From positions 3,286,001-3,350,000 of the forward strand of contig NC_045138.2 of NCBI RefSeq assembly GCF_008831285.2: a stretch of 64,000 nucleotides of DNA. The letters are read 5' to 3'. Made by a program: the position numbers and the translations under genes. Shown one piece after another: positions 24,401-37,300 of the stretch. The notes below the pieces were generated by a model. The model was not told where the DNA came from, made no database searches, and worked only from the letters and a program-made list of their open reading frames with translations. Origin of the DNA: Nymphaea colorata (Eukaryota). Each line of letters opens with the position of its first letter. Position 1 is the first letter of the stretch.

Positions 24401-27400
24401 GTTGAGACTTGCAACTTATTAACTTGATCACAAATAAAATAAGAAATCCCCCATACATGGCTCAGTTGACATGAGCATTTGAAGTTTCAATTAAAACATG
24501 GATCTTTCCATAGAATCGACATTGTCCAGAAACGTCCTATATTATATACATAGAGAGAGAGATGCACACATATGGAGCTCAGGTGTTCATATTCTGATTT
24601 TTAAAATTGAGCTTCTTATTTAAAATGATTAGAGGAACTCTATTATTTCAAGAAAAATGCTGGTTCACTACCTTGAACCACACTTTAGCTATAGTTCATG
24701 ATTTTGTGGAAATTTCTTTTTTATTCTTTCCAATAATGTATGTGCCAGAGATCCTTGCTCTTCGCTCCCTAAGTTACAAAGTATCTCATAAAGAGCTAAC
24801 GGCACTGTAACGTACATATCGTAATTAATCATGCATTTTTCTTTCCAAATGTTATCATTTTTTATTTCTCCTTTTCCAATGAACATCAAAACAGACTTTG
24901 ACCATTCTTTTCTTATGTTATTGGGTGCTATATTCCCATTGTTTTCTCCTTATGCAGTTAATGCAGGTGATCATAATAATTTTTTTTAAATTGTTTATTA
25001 CCTTGCTTACCTGTCTTAGTTCTGTTTCCTTTTCTAGTTAGGCATGAGATCTTATTTTGTCATAAGTAATCCTACTTGAATTTATTTGAGAGGAGAATTA
25101 TAGGGAAAAAAACTGTTTCTGGTTTGTGTTGATTTTTATGAGGACTTTTTCTATCGTACTTTAAAAAATATGGCAATATTTTCCCCAATATCATTGACTA
25201 AAGCTATTTTGGTTTTAAAAAATCAGAATATATTTTTAAAATTTACAAAGTGGCAACCGCACTGGACCTTTTAAGTGTATATGTTCCTTTTTTCTTTTAA
25301 AAATTTATTCTATGAGTGTGTCTGATTTGTAAGAAAATTAGTATTAAGTTTATATTTTATTATTTTTAAAATTTTGAGTTATCTAGATTTTCTTGATGAG
25401 AACACAATTTTATACAACTTCGGGAAGAAACCTTCTTGAGGAAATTGCAAACAATGATGCTGATGACCATGGGTTGAAATACTAGGAGGTCAAACCTAAA
25501 AAATTGTGGATGTAGATCAGAATCTCAGCGCTTACATAGTCATCCTCTATAGTGGATATTCTGGAAATGTGAAAATGCCCGCCACACTGTGTAATGTGAC
25601 GGCCAGAGAGTAATTTAATGCTAGACTAGAGAACTGAATCAGATGGTCCATTTACACTGTCGATTGTGTGCTAGTTTCACGTTGTAAAATTGTGGTTTGA
25701 TGAGCTTGCCTCTTGCAGTTCGCAACTCATTTTTCCCCATTTTCATCTCATTTGTTTTCCTAAGATCAGCAAATATGGCATAGCATCTCTTATTGCGATA
25801 ATTGACCATGTTACTGAAGCAACTATGTTTTAGTTTGTGGTTGTAGATACAGCAGCTCCGTTCAGGCATTAAATTTCCCAAGAACAATCAAGATATATGG
25901 GTTCCCTCTGTCACTGAGGCATTAAAGGTAGTTATAGATGTTTTTGGTTTCTAAATGAAGGTTTTTAACTGGAAGAGAAAATCTAATCCTTAGATTCTGA
26001 ATGTAAGGTATATTATATGAAGCAAATTTAGGTAAAGGTTCAGGCTGAATCCTCTTGTAGGGAGGCTACTCTGCATGTTACGTATTTCACTTCCATGTGC
26101 TAACATGAGTTTAATGTCCTTCCTCCAGCTGGTTTCGAAGTCAGTTCGCCAGGTTATTCTAGATGCTAAAGTTGGCCCTCCATTGTATGAAAAGGGCCTT
26201 GCTGCAGATATACTTTCCACTGTGAGTATGTTTCTCTACGTCATGATATTGAAGCTATTTGTAAATAGTGCCTGGATGCAATAATATTTAGTTTAGTGAT
26301 CTCTTTATACATCTCAGGGACAGAGAGAGACTGTGTGTTAGATTTGCTTGTATTCAGCCTTAAGCTGTGGTTGATTAGATATCAACTTTGATATCACATC
26401 TGATGTTCTCATTATTAACTGTGGCAGATCAACAAGGCTGGTTGCAATAATTGTCTTATCTGGTCTAAAAGTGACACATTGGTGAGGGACGTGATGAGAC
26501 TATCTCAAGATGTTCCTGTAAGTCTTCTGCCGGCAAGCATATATCTCTATAGTCTATATCCTGGAAAGCAGTACTGATATATGTAATCCATTTTCAGGTT
26601 GGGTATATCGTCATGAGGGATCCATCCACTGGTGTTAGAACTAACTTGTTACGGATGAAAGGTTCTCAAGTTGTCGGTGTTTACCATCCTTTGATTGATG
26701 AAGCACTTGTGAGAACGCTACACAGGTAGGAGGGTTTCTTGCTGAACATTGGACTTCTTTTGTTGAACCTTCTTTGTCTTGATATTCACCAAAAAGCCAC
26801 AAATGTTGCACTTGTGGCTACCATTTAAAGTCCACGTAGTATTATCAAGTGAAACTAGGTTACTTTTTTGGAACAGCTCAATCATGAATAATTACCCTGA
26901 ATTTCAATCTGGAGAGGTTAGTGGCAGGAAATGAGGTTTCTAACTTGATTGCTAGCAATAGTCTTGCTAACTGATCTATTTAGATGGTAGCAGATTAGCA
27001 TGTGGATATGCTTAGTGTCACTAATGTAGGTATGCAGGGAGGTATAGATATTTGTAATTGAAAGTAATAAAGCATCAATACCATCTTAATTGCAAACTCT
27101 TCACTAAAATGTTACAATTGAAAACGTTTATATGAATTCTGAGAGAGCAATGTAACTGACAATAATATTTTAAAAGCAATGAGGAGTGAGTAGAAGAAGC
27201 CATCAAGATTATAAACAAGACTAAGTAAAATTAGTGATGAGGTTTAACCACATATATCACTAATTTCACCTTTGTTTGAGAAGTGTGTGTTTTTAAGAGT
27301 CATATTACTCAGGGCCCTGGGCTGCAATATCAGCCTAACCCATTAAATTGGCAGCGAACCTCCAGTTACCTGCTTGAGCTGGTCAACAGCTTCTCCAATC

Positions 27401-27988
27401 CATGCTTAGTTCAGTCAAGCTGTTCATGGCCTTTCGGCCATGCCCAGTGGAAGTATACAGAGGAGCTGGTGTTAACTTATGGCCTGGCTACAGAACATGG
27501 GCATGCTTAATTCAAAAAAAAAAAAAAAAAGTTAGCCCCAGATGACAACCAACAGGTTGGGCAAGGGCAAGCCATCCCATTTGCTGCTCGGTGTGTTTCT
27601 CAACCCTATTGCATTCTCTCAAAATGTGCATGCCAAGTGAAGTGTCTGCATGAGGTTTGAAGTGAGATAGGATTATGGTTTCTTTTGGATTAGGTAGTAG
27701 CTTCATTTATTTGCCTTGTTTTTAGTTTACAGTCTGAAATTATGGTGCATATTGTATACATGTGCAATGTGCATGATCTCTCTCTCTCTCTCTCTCTCTC
27801 TCTCATGTAAGGTTATTGCCTCCAGAGTCAACCGGAAAGTATATGCCTGGACGGTAGATGATACAGACTCCATGAAAAGAATGTTGTTTGAGCATGTCGA
27901 CAATATCATAACAGGCCATCCTACCAGACTACAACGCATAATGAATGAGATTGAAAACCAATGCCTAGAAAATGACTTTTTACCTTGA
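21460..27988 (+). CDS. GDPD4: Glycerophosphodiester phosphodiesterase GDPD4-like, 9 coding exons, 320 aa
   Basis: Exons 21460-21621, 22198-22284, 23265-23362, 24107-24167, 25847-25927, 26129-26221, 26428-26517, 26598-26725, 27826-27988. All GT-AG, total 963 nt. N-terminal TM segment (FLLIVAFLAVVPPLLFHF) and GDPD motifs VCAHGGDS..FPNT, EIDVSRTSDG..ALHDR, VILDAKVGPP, VYAWTVDD. Confidence 0.92.
24299..24416. repeat. 58-bp perfect tandem duplication in GDPD intron 4
   Basis: CTATTGGTTTCCTTCATTGGAACTCC...GAGACTTGCAA occurs twice. Confidence 0.9.
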
Positions 27989-29658
27989 TCCTCTCGTCTC
28001 TCTCAAGTAAGTACTCAAGTCCTTTTCTGCATTCTTATTGGCCATTCTCTTTTAGGATAATCTTGATATGCCATATGCCAAATGAATGAAGGATCAGAAC
28101 TCTCTCTGTCTCTCTCTGCCCCCTGGCAAATGTAATTTTCTTGCAGGGTTTTGCTTTGTTCCATTTTTAAATATAGTTGATGTTATGGGGTGCTTGGTGT
28201 AAAATGCACCTGTAGCACAGACGTACATGATCATGTGATTGTATTTGCTTTAAAAGATATTTGGAAAGCATGTTAGAATGCTACACGTTGTGTACATGAT
28301 TAATAATTATTTTATGCATTGCAAAGAGGAGGGCGTTAAATTGTGTTTTACTCAATAGCAGGCATCGCTTCACATCTTTTCTGTCGCTCACTGCAAAGTG
28401 AAAAAAAATTTGGGACGTGGATGCTGGAAAGTTGAAAATCCAGAGGCGCCAATTATCATATCAGCTAGCTTATAGGACAAGTGTTCTCGAGCATTTTTCT
28501 CCTGTCTGTTCTCTAACTGGGCGTCTTCATTTTCCTTATGTTCAATTTCCCAGATCAATTAACCGCTACCAGAATATAAAAGATATTTTTTTTTTCTAGA
28601 TCAAAGCGCTTCTTCTATGGTAGTTGCTAATGCTTCCAGTGGAACGTGGTTGTTGATTTGTTAGATTTTACCAAAACAGGAGATGCTTCATTTACTATTC
28701 TGAATTATTTATTTTCTGTGAAGCTTGGGGCAGAAATCTCAATAGCTTGTTAAGATAAATTGACAGGCAATTTCTACTGGTCTTAAGCGAGGAACTCTGT
28801 CGGTTAATTCATTCGACCCTTCCAGTGTGGTACCATTTGGCTTCTGCGCCTGGACGCAGGGAAGATGGACAAGATTGTGTAGCTTAGGAACTGTAAAATG
28901 GCAATTAGGGCGTTGCAACGGTTGTCCCTCATTTGCTAGTTAGTAGATCAGGGAAGATGGTATTACTTCTCTCCGTACTCATAAATGTCGTTGATACTGT
29001 ATGAAAGTGAAACTGACCTGTATGTGGTGAAATTTCCAATGAAAACTGCCGAGCTTTGCCTCTTCTTCATCTTCCGTGGTGGGAAAAAAACCCTTGACCT
29101 TCAAGACTTGTTTCGCCCTTTCGTCATCGGAGCAGGTATGAGTTCTTCTAGCTTTCGAGTGCTCTCTGATAGATAGGTGCGGATCCGGCCTTGTAAGTTC
29201 GAACGGACCAATCAAATGTTACGGTGAACAGTTAAAACTCCATTTTCCTTTTCTCTTCATATTTTCCTTCACTGGTTTTCTGCACCTTCCTCCTTCGTTT
29301 TACCACCTTGTTTTTTCCAGTGATATTTGCATGTTAATTTTTTAAATATTCGGACAAACATGCTCTTTGTACATGCAAAAAAGAAAGAACAATTTCAGAA
29401 AATTTTACGTTGAGCCTGGTTATGTCACATAGCAAATATTCTTTGTTGATGAAAGAAACATGTGATAGAGAAGACTGCTGTGCGTAGCTATCAATGACAA
29501 CTTGTCGTATAATTCTGCCACCAGAGGTAGCAGCGTAGTTGCCACCATATAAATGATGGTATAAAAACTCTTCCTTATGGATGTATATTCCATAGCAGAA
29601 TCGAAGCACGTGAATCCCTTTGTCGCATTTCTTTCTTGTTGATTCGTTGCTTTGAACT

Positions 29659-30350
29659 TTGAAGAGCTCCGGTCCCCTTTCCATCGACCCTCCGGCTAAG
29701 AACAGAGTTCGAAAGCTACGTTCCCTGTTTCTGTTCTTTTTCTTCTTATTCTCTTCTCGTTTGCTTCATGAACGCCTGTTTGTTTCTTTCTGCATCCGCT
29801 CCTCTACGGTTGGAACACCAGTACTCTGTAAGCGGAAGATCGAGCAGTTGCTGGGTTAGTTTGAGCCTTTTCAGTTTCCAGCCAAAGCGGAGATCTTTCT
29901 AATATCTTCCTTTATCTAGCTATCAGGAAAAGCGGGATGAGTTGGGATATTTTGTTAATGCTCCATGGCTAGAATCCACGACTTGGTTATCTCGTTTTCT
30001 CGGCAGAGCATCAAAACTATGTTTTGATATCTTTTGAACCCAAAGTGTTTGGGCGTTGTAAACATCTCGTTCCTTTTCTTCTTTTTTTTTCCCTCTGCCG
30101 AAAAATTCTGGTCATGTCCCGTCTTTCGCGGAAGTTGGTATCTTCGAAAGACGGGCTTCTCCTTTTCTTCCTGTTAGGAGATGCATTACGGCCTGGAACC
30201 CAGGGAATGTCATGATTTTGTGAATTCACGAATAACGTGGACGCGATAGGAATCTCCTTTGGCCATTATTTTCGAGAAACGTGGTACTTGCATTGTTAAT
30301 TGTCCTCGTTATTTTATTATCTTAGAGAAAATTTCGCCCACATTTTCTCT
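29659..30350 (+). repeat. Diverged direct duplicate of 42203-43078 (exon plus intron-like segment)
   Basis: Colinear shared blocks: TTGAAGAGCTCCG, GAGTTCGAAAGCTAC, GGAACACCA, CGGAAGATCGAG, TTGGGATATTTTGTTAATGCTCCATG, CGACTTGGTTATC, CTCCTTTTCTTCCTGTTAGGAGATG, CTTGCATTGTTAATT. Confidence 0.8.
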
Positions 30351-33300
30351 AAACAAAAAGAGTTTCGGTTCTACTCAAACCTCAATGTACCCCTAAACAC
30401 CTGCCTTTAATTCCGGAGACTTGTTATCTTTACTTTTATCAGGTTATGGTGCAATTACGAACGAAACCGTCTTGGAAGTACGTGAATATGTATGAAATAT
30501 CGAGTTCGTGAAAAGATCAGATGGTTCTCAAATTGCTGCCATGGATCATTTGTTCTGAGTGTCTAGTTCAGTTCTCATTGTTTTGTCAACCTTACTACCA
30601 CAAACTACAACATTTGAAGTCATTTTTGCTACCAGAGACCATCACTTGGCTTTATGTTAAACTAAAGGCGTAAATGTTGGAGCTCCACAGTATAGAATTA
30701 CTAAGAAACAATATCAAACAGAGTCATCAAACCAGATTTGGCTTGACAAGAACTTTGTGATGCAAAGTAGTAGATGGTTACGCTCAGTCCCAAAGACGAT
30801 TCTTCATGTAAATGCATATCATGGAATCCATTGTTTCACTAAGTTGATGCAGTACACACGAAAGAATTGAACCATGTAAACCCTTATCAATGTTCATATA
30901 ACTTGTAATCAGGTGAACTATTGTCATGCTGGCCCCTTAGAAGCCATTGTTCTTCAGAAAAGAAGAAGAATACGTAAAAATGAAGCCTGTTACGTCGAGT
31001 TCCTACATATTGAGAAAAACTCTCCTATCTTCAGCGACATATCAAGCTAACAAGCATTAAATCAACCAGAATGTGTATTTCATCCTTAGAAAACACAATT
31101 ACTTTCTCGCTGCAAGCATCATTATCTACTCAGCTTTATATTGATATTTACAATATTGTTAATATTTAAGCTATTTATGTCTTCAGCTGTGTCTTCATAA
31201 TTGCTCCGTGCATAAGTAGCTTTGTCATCACGTACAGACATTTCTGATATCCAATTTCTCGTTTCGTGCAATCCTCCAATTGGTTGAGCAAGCAGGTTGT
31301 CTTCCTTTGACAAATATGGTCCATCTATTTTACGGCACCATTAGAAAATGACAAATTTTTGTGGTTCCCTATGAGAGAAATAAACAACCAGTTAATAGTC
31401 CAAACACAATTCAATTATCCTGAGAAGATTACTTAAACTATAGCATATTTTTAACAGTTGCTTGTATTAGTCATGGGGGTTGTACAACTCATCAGGTCCA
31501 GGAGTTTGCAACAGCAGGGGTTTAACTTACAAATTTTCTGCCACTACAAACAAACAATAGAAAACATTTTGAGAAATAAGTAAATATTTCTCTCATAAAT
31601 AGAAAGACTATTCATACATACTGTTTGCATTGTGAATTTTTATGCTGCTTGCATTTGTGAATTTTTTTCATTTCAGTGCTTGCCTTTCTCATATTCTCTA
31701 GGGGCCTTCTCTTAAAATGTGCATGGCGATCGGAACTGCATTCTGTTTTCCGTTGCATAGTTGCCCAGTTGTGCCCGAAACCCGGCATGAATAAAAGTTC
31801 GTGTTTGACATTGAAGTTCAGCTTGTAGTGCTGGGCAGGAGTGTGCCTTATGGGGCCGGTGTCTTTGCCTCCTTTTCTTTCTCCTTTTCTCACCTAAATT
31901 GTCTATTTCCTCTCTTTTTTCCCTTTCTTGTTTCCCCTCCATGGCGGTGGGAGAGTCAATTTCTAGCTAAAGGTCATAGTTTAAATTGGAAAATTTAAAG
32001 GGCACCTATACATACATAAATAAAAATCACCAAGTACGACCATTTGTATGGGCTGGTGCAGGCTGCCTGCATCAGCCCAAACAGGCTCCGCCACTACTCC
32101 ATGGAGAACCAATCTCTCGAGTGTGTGTGTGTATATGTATTTATATATAGCACAACGAGGGACTTTGCAAGCAGTTTATGTTGTGTTAGCAGCTGCATTT
32201 TCAAGTGACATATTTATAAGTTAAATGCAGGTTATGTACGAAGCTTATGGGTAGAAAAGTAATTCGTATTCTTTAAGGTGTTTATAATTATATGTAATGT
32301 TTAATCTTGAGGCAGCTTGTCATGTATATAGTGCGGTTTTTCATGTCAGTGCACAATTGTCTGGGATGTGTGCTGTCCCAGCTAAGCATATAACCTTGCA
32401 TCATGTTTCTATGTTGCTTTGCTGTTTACCTCAGAGCTTCGGGGAAGGCAACAAAATTCAGGAAAGGGAACCAAACGCTGTTGCAAGTGACAAAGATCAA
32501 GGAGCAGGTTGACATGTGAATTTTCTAGTGAACAAATCCTTTTTAATTACCGTTAATGGTCGTCCTTGCTTAATATATGTGGAATTTGATGCTATTTTAG
32601 CTCGACACTGTATTGTCGAGTCAAGCCGAGATTAAGTCGAGTGGAACCTTTGCTGGGCCAGCTCAAGCTCGACTCTGGTATGCAACCTTTGACAGCAGTT
32701 GAAATCGAGGAGAAATTGAACAGAAGTCACTGTTTGAGTAAGGAAGCTGAGATTTTTAAAGAGAAGAAATGATGGGGCAATTGAGACGTTTTCAACACAA
32801 GCAAAGCACTTTTTAAGGGGATGAAACAGAGCCAACTGAAATGCGCCCGGGGGAAGCAACTTAGGAGTTATGATGGCTAAATGCGTTGATCCTTCTATGA
32901 TGCAAACCATCAAAAAGAGTAGGCCTGCACATACAACAAAGAATTATGGGCAGAAGGGCAACCGTTAGGAGCGGTTGAATCTCTTCTTTGGAGGGTTGTC
33001 GTCAAAAGAGATGTCACGTTCAAAACAAAATGGTAGGACACCTCACATGGTCAAGTCAGGGAGCACTCGGGAATAAAGAAATTATCAGAAGGGCTTTAAC
33101 GATCAAAAAAGCCCAACAGATTTGAACCAACCAACCAAAAGATGTGGGCTTTCCAACCTTCTGAATTAGCTAGCTGCATCTAAAAAAATCATGGTGTTTT
33201 GCAAGTGTCACCTTTAGTTTGACTTCAATCAACCCGGTCCAAAACAAGAACAGCTGTTTCTGCACTTCATACTCAGATGCAAATTAGACCACATCGCAAA

Positions 33301-34342
33301 TCCTTTACAACTCAGTACACAACTTAGACCTGGATTTCAAATCCTGGCAAAGATAACAAGCCTGAATAGCATATTCAGTCAACTGTCTCTCGTTTGCAGA
33401 ATATGTCCTTTCATGTAGCATCAGCAAGCTGTAAACTCAGAGATAATAGCTGTTTAGCCAGTCAACTTATATCTTCAAATTGCCTACAAGAGCACCCACT
33501 GGCCTTGAGGAGGTTATGATTTGGATGGATCATGACCAGAGACTGGTCCCTAAGCTGAGTGGCTGCTGCAAGTTTGAAGAGTTAAACAGCATCCAGTGCT
33601 TAAAAACATGAGGAAAATGTATGTCTGTAGAAAAACATGACCAGACAGACCATCTGCTCGCCAATTTCTCTGTAGAATAGGTCACAATCATCAAAAGTTT
33701 TAGGTTACCTAAGAATTCGGTTGCTTCACATATTTATTAGGGAGTTCTATTTGACTGCTGACAGTCAATAATGACAACTCAAGCATGCAATGAGCATGCA
33801 TAAACACTCCAAAAAGATGTTAAAGCAAGACCATAGACTAATCATATTTCCCCAAATCACCACTTGATTACAGAAAATCAAGACAAAAAAAGAATAATAC
33901 ATGTCAAGCTTCCATAAGCAGATGAAAACTTTGATGATCAACTCAGCTCCATCCAGAAAACCACAGGCAGTTTGTTGGAGAATACCTTGTCAGATCGTCA
34001 TTTCATCGAGACCCTTCATATGGCGAACTGCCAAATTGAATAAGGTAAAATGAAGACATGGTTTAGTTTCCTTGTCAGCCAAGTGTCAGAGAAACAAGGA
34101 ATTAGAACATCAATATTTGTTTCTTCCACAAGTCAAAAGAGAACCAAAAGGAATCTGGTTAATGTAGAGATCTAGAATATAACATAGAGTAAATGTGATG
34201 ATGTAACTTACGAGAAGTTTTAAACTTTAAATATGAAAGTCAGTATAGCAGTTCAGTGCAATCCTCTGTTAACAGCAAAAACTCAAAGTTAGATTTCATT
34301 GTGGCAATCAAATCAACAGGATCAGTAATGCTGCAGTTCTAC

Positions 34343-37300
34343 CTACTGAACGGTGACAGTCTTGTGGGCCTTAAATGATAGAATCACATTCCATGCAACA
34401 GCAACCACATTTGCAAAAAGCACCTGCTTGACAATCAAGGAGAACCACAATTAAGAGAGAGAGATGAACAACTCAGGAACATAAATGGACTATGAGGTGC
34501 ATAAACAAAAGCTAACTGCTGCGTCCATAATGGCCTTAAAATTGTTCAAATCTTGCAATATGAAATTAAAATCTTTAGGAAGAGCATTTCCACCAATATA
34601 TTTTTGTCATGAACAAATTAGCCAGAGGCCCAGAACTACTTCTGTCTAGGTTGCTTGAAATGTTGTGAATAAAATAATATTAATCAGAACATATTTGAAA
34701 ATTACTATAGCTTTTAATTAGTTGGAAAATAAAAAAAATGCACTTGTAAAACAGAGTATACAATCATCTCAAGACATACCTCAGATTAACCCACAACTAC
34801 TTTGTGGGAGGCCCATGCACATGCATGTAAATGAACATCTAAATCTTGTGTGTCGCCAATATCGCATTGTATTGGCGAATACGCAGACAATATTGGGCCA
34901 GCGAGGGGTTCAAAAGAAGGTACCTTGGTTTTTTTAATTATTTTAAACTTACAGCATACTGGTCAGCAAACTGACGAAGAACCGATGCCAATATTGACAA
35001 CACTACCCACAACCAAACACAGAAGAAATATCAACTGTAATAATTTAAAATTAGTCGCACACCAGCTTTTGTTCAGATATTACATGGCACAGACAGCTAT
35101 CGTTAGATATTTCGTAAAGCATGGCTTCAAACGATAAAAAAGTAATTTATGTTCAGGAATTTTTGCTTAGAAATAATTGAATGTGATTAAACAATAAAAT
35201 GGAGGAAAGAAGCAAGTAACAATACCATATGCAAATGAACCAAAGGGTACATTTCATTAGGCCAGATTTTACATCCATGAATGGGATGGGGGACCAACTT
35301 AACCCATGCTTTTCCAGACTTTGGAAATTGGATTAAGTTGCCCTTTATCCCCCAAATCCATACATCATTAAGAAGCATGGGTTACAATTCCTTTTTTTTT
35401 ACTTACACATCCATCTGGAATCTAAGGACCTGAGATCCTGGGGATTTTAAATCACCTCTGGCTTGAAACTAGAGGCTTTCACCACAACCTAAACCCCCAA
35501 AGAGTTAACACCATCCAAGACATTGTGAATTCCAGAATCTCAAATCACCTCTTCTTTGAAAATATAGGCATTCAAACACAACTTAAGAATCTATGAAATA
35601 ACACCATCCAAGACACTCCATAAACAAAAACCTCTTTCCCACCTGGAATCTCTGAGGAACGTACAAGAAATCGAGAAAGTGAAAGTTGACTGGGATGGGG
35701 GTCCAACTTAACCCATGCTTTTGCCAAACTCCAGACTTTGGAAGTTGGATTAAGTTACCCATTATCCCCCAAATCCATACATCAATAAGAAGCATAGGTT
35801 ACAAATTCTTACTTTTACTCACACAACCATCTAGAACCTATGGATCTGAGATCCTGGGGATGTTAAATCACCTCCAGCTTAAAACAAGAGGCTTTCATAC
35901 ACAGCCTAAAACTCCAACAGTTAACACCATCCAAGACATTGTGAATTCCAGGATCTCAAATCACCTCTTCTTTGAAAATAAAGGCATTCAAACATAACTT
36001 AAGAATCTAGGAGCTAATGCCATCCAAGACATTCAACAAAACCCTCTTTCCCACCTGGAAGATCTGAGGAACAAACAGGAAATTGAGAAATTGAAATGGT
36101 ATCCATAGTTGCCAATTTGCAATGACTGCAGAAAACCATTCCTGAAACCAAAGCATAAAAAGTAACATGGCAGATGAATAAGGAACAAAGAAGTGCTTAT
36201 AGATGATATTGATCAGATGTATATGGATCAGCAAGGGCAAGATCACCTGGCGAAGCTTTGGCAGGACTTCCGATGGCCTTCCTTCTAGGACCACAAGTGT
36301 GGATAGAAACACCCCAATGAAGAGAGGAGAGAAAATGAACTATAGCATGCAAATACTTCTCTATTATTTCAATATTCATATTCAAGTATAAGAAGCCCAT
36401 GAAGAAAAGGATGAAGGAACTGCTACCTGATCAAGCAGAAGGCGAAGGAATACACCAGATACTCCAGAAAGGGACACCAACTGACTTAGTGATAAATACC
36501 TGCTCAAATATTTCAAAGGGTTCACACTAAATTCACACACAAGCAAGAGGGAGAGAGAGAGAGACTTGCACATCTTTCAGTAAAGGATATAGACTATGAA
36601 ATATGGCTATTCAAAAAGTGGCAAAAATAGAACCCAACCACATCCAAACACACATGTACATGCACGCATTCACACATGCAGAATTTTTAGTGAAACAAAA
36701 TTTTAATGATTGAGAGTTGAAACTATATATATAGTTATACACACACACCCACACACAAATACGTATATATACATATATGTATGTGTATATATATGTATGC
36801 ATATGTGTGTGTGTACAGGAACTGAAATACATACACACACACACATATATATATACAGGAACTGAAATCACTGACTGCTGAATGACAAAATACTTGAAAA
36901 CCATCATTTAAAACATCATGCAATGGAAGCACTAGCAACAGTTTATGATATAAAGACAGTTTACAGTGTTTTTTGTGATTCCTTGATCATTGACAGTGAT
37001 GCCAGTACAGTCTCATCATTATTGATCTAAGTGGATGACACCGTTGTCACAGGCAACTTAGGTGCACATATCCAAGCAGCCAAGTACCTGTTGGCTCCAC
37101 ATTTTGTAATGGAAGAGCGTGGGAGCTTAAGATATTTTTCAAGGGATGAAATTGATAGGAATGATGGCAAAAAACTAATTTTAACTTAGCTTAAATACAC
37201 GTTGAATATGTTGAGCAGAGCATGGACAAAAAATTGTAAACCCTTGTCCACTCTCAGCATATTGCACCACAAAGCTCACATATCAAGACAAGAATATGAT

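Noticed and set aside
28985..29176. ORF ending TLDLQDLFRPFVIGAG as a receptor-kinase fragment (FDLEDLLRA..VLGKG-like)
   Set aside because: Similarity is short and weak and no downstream kinase motifs follow.
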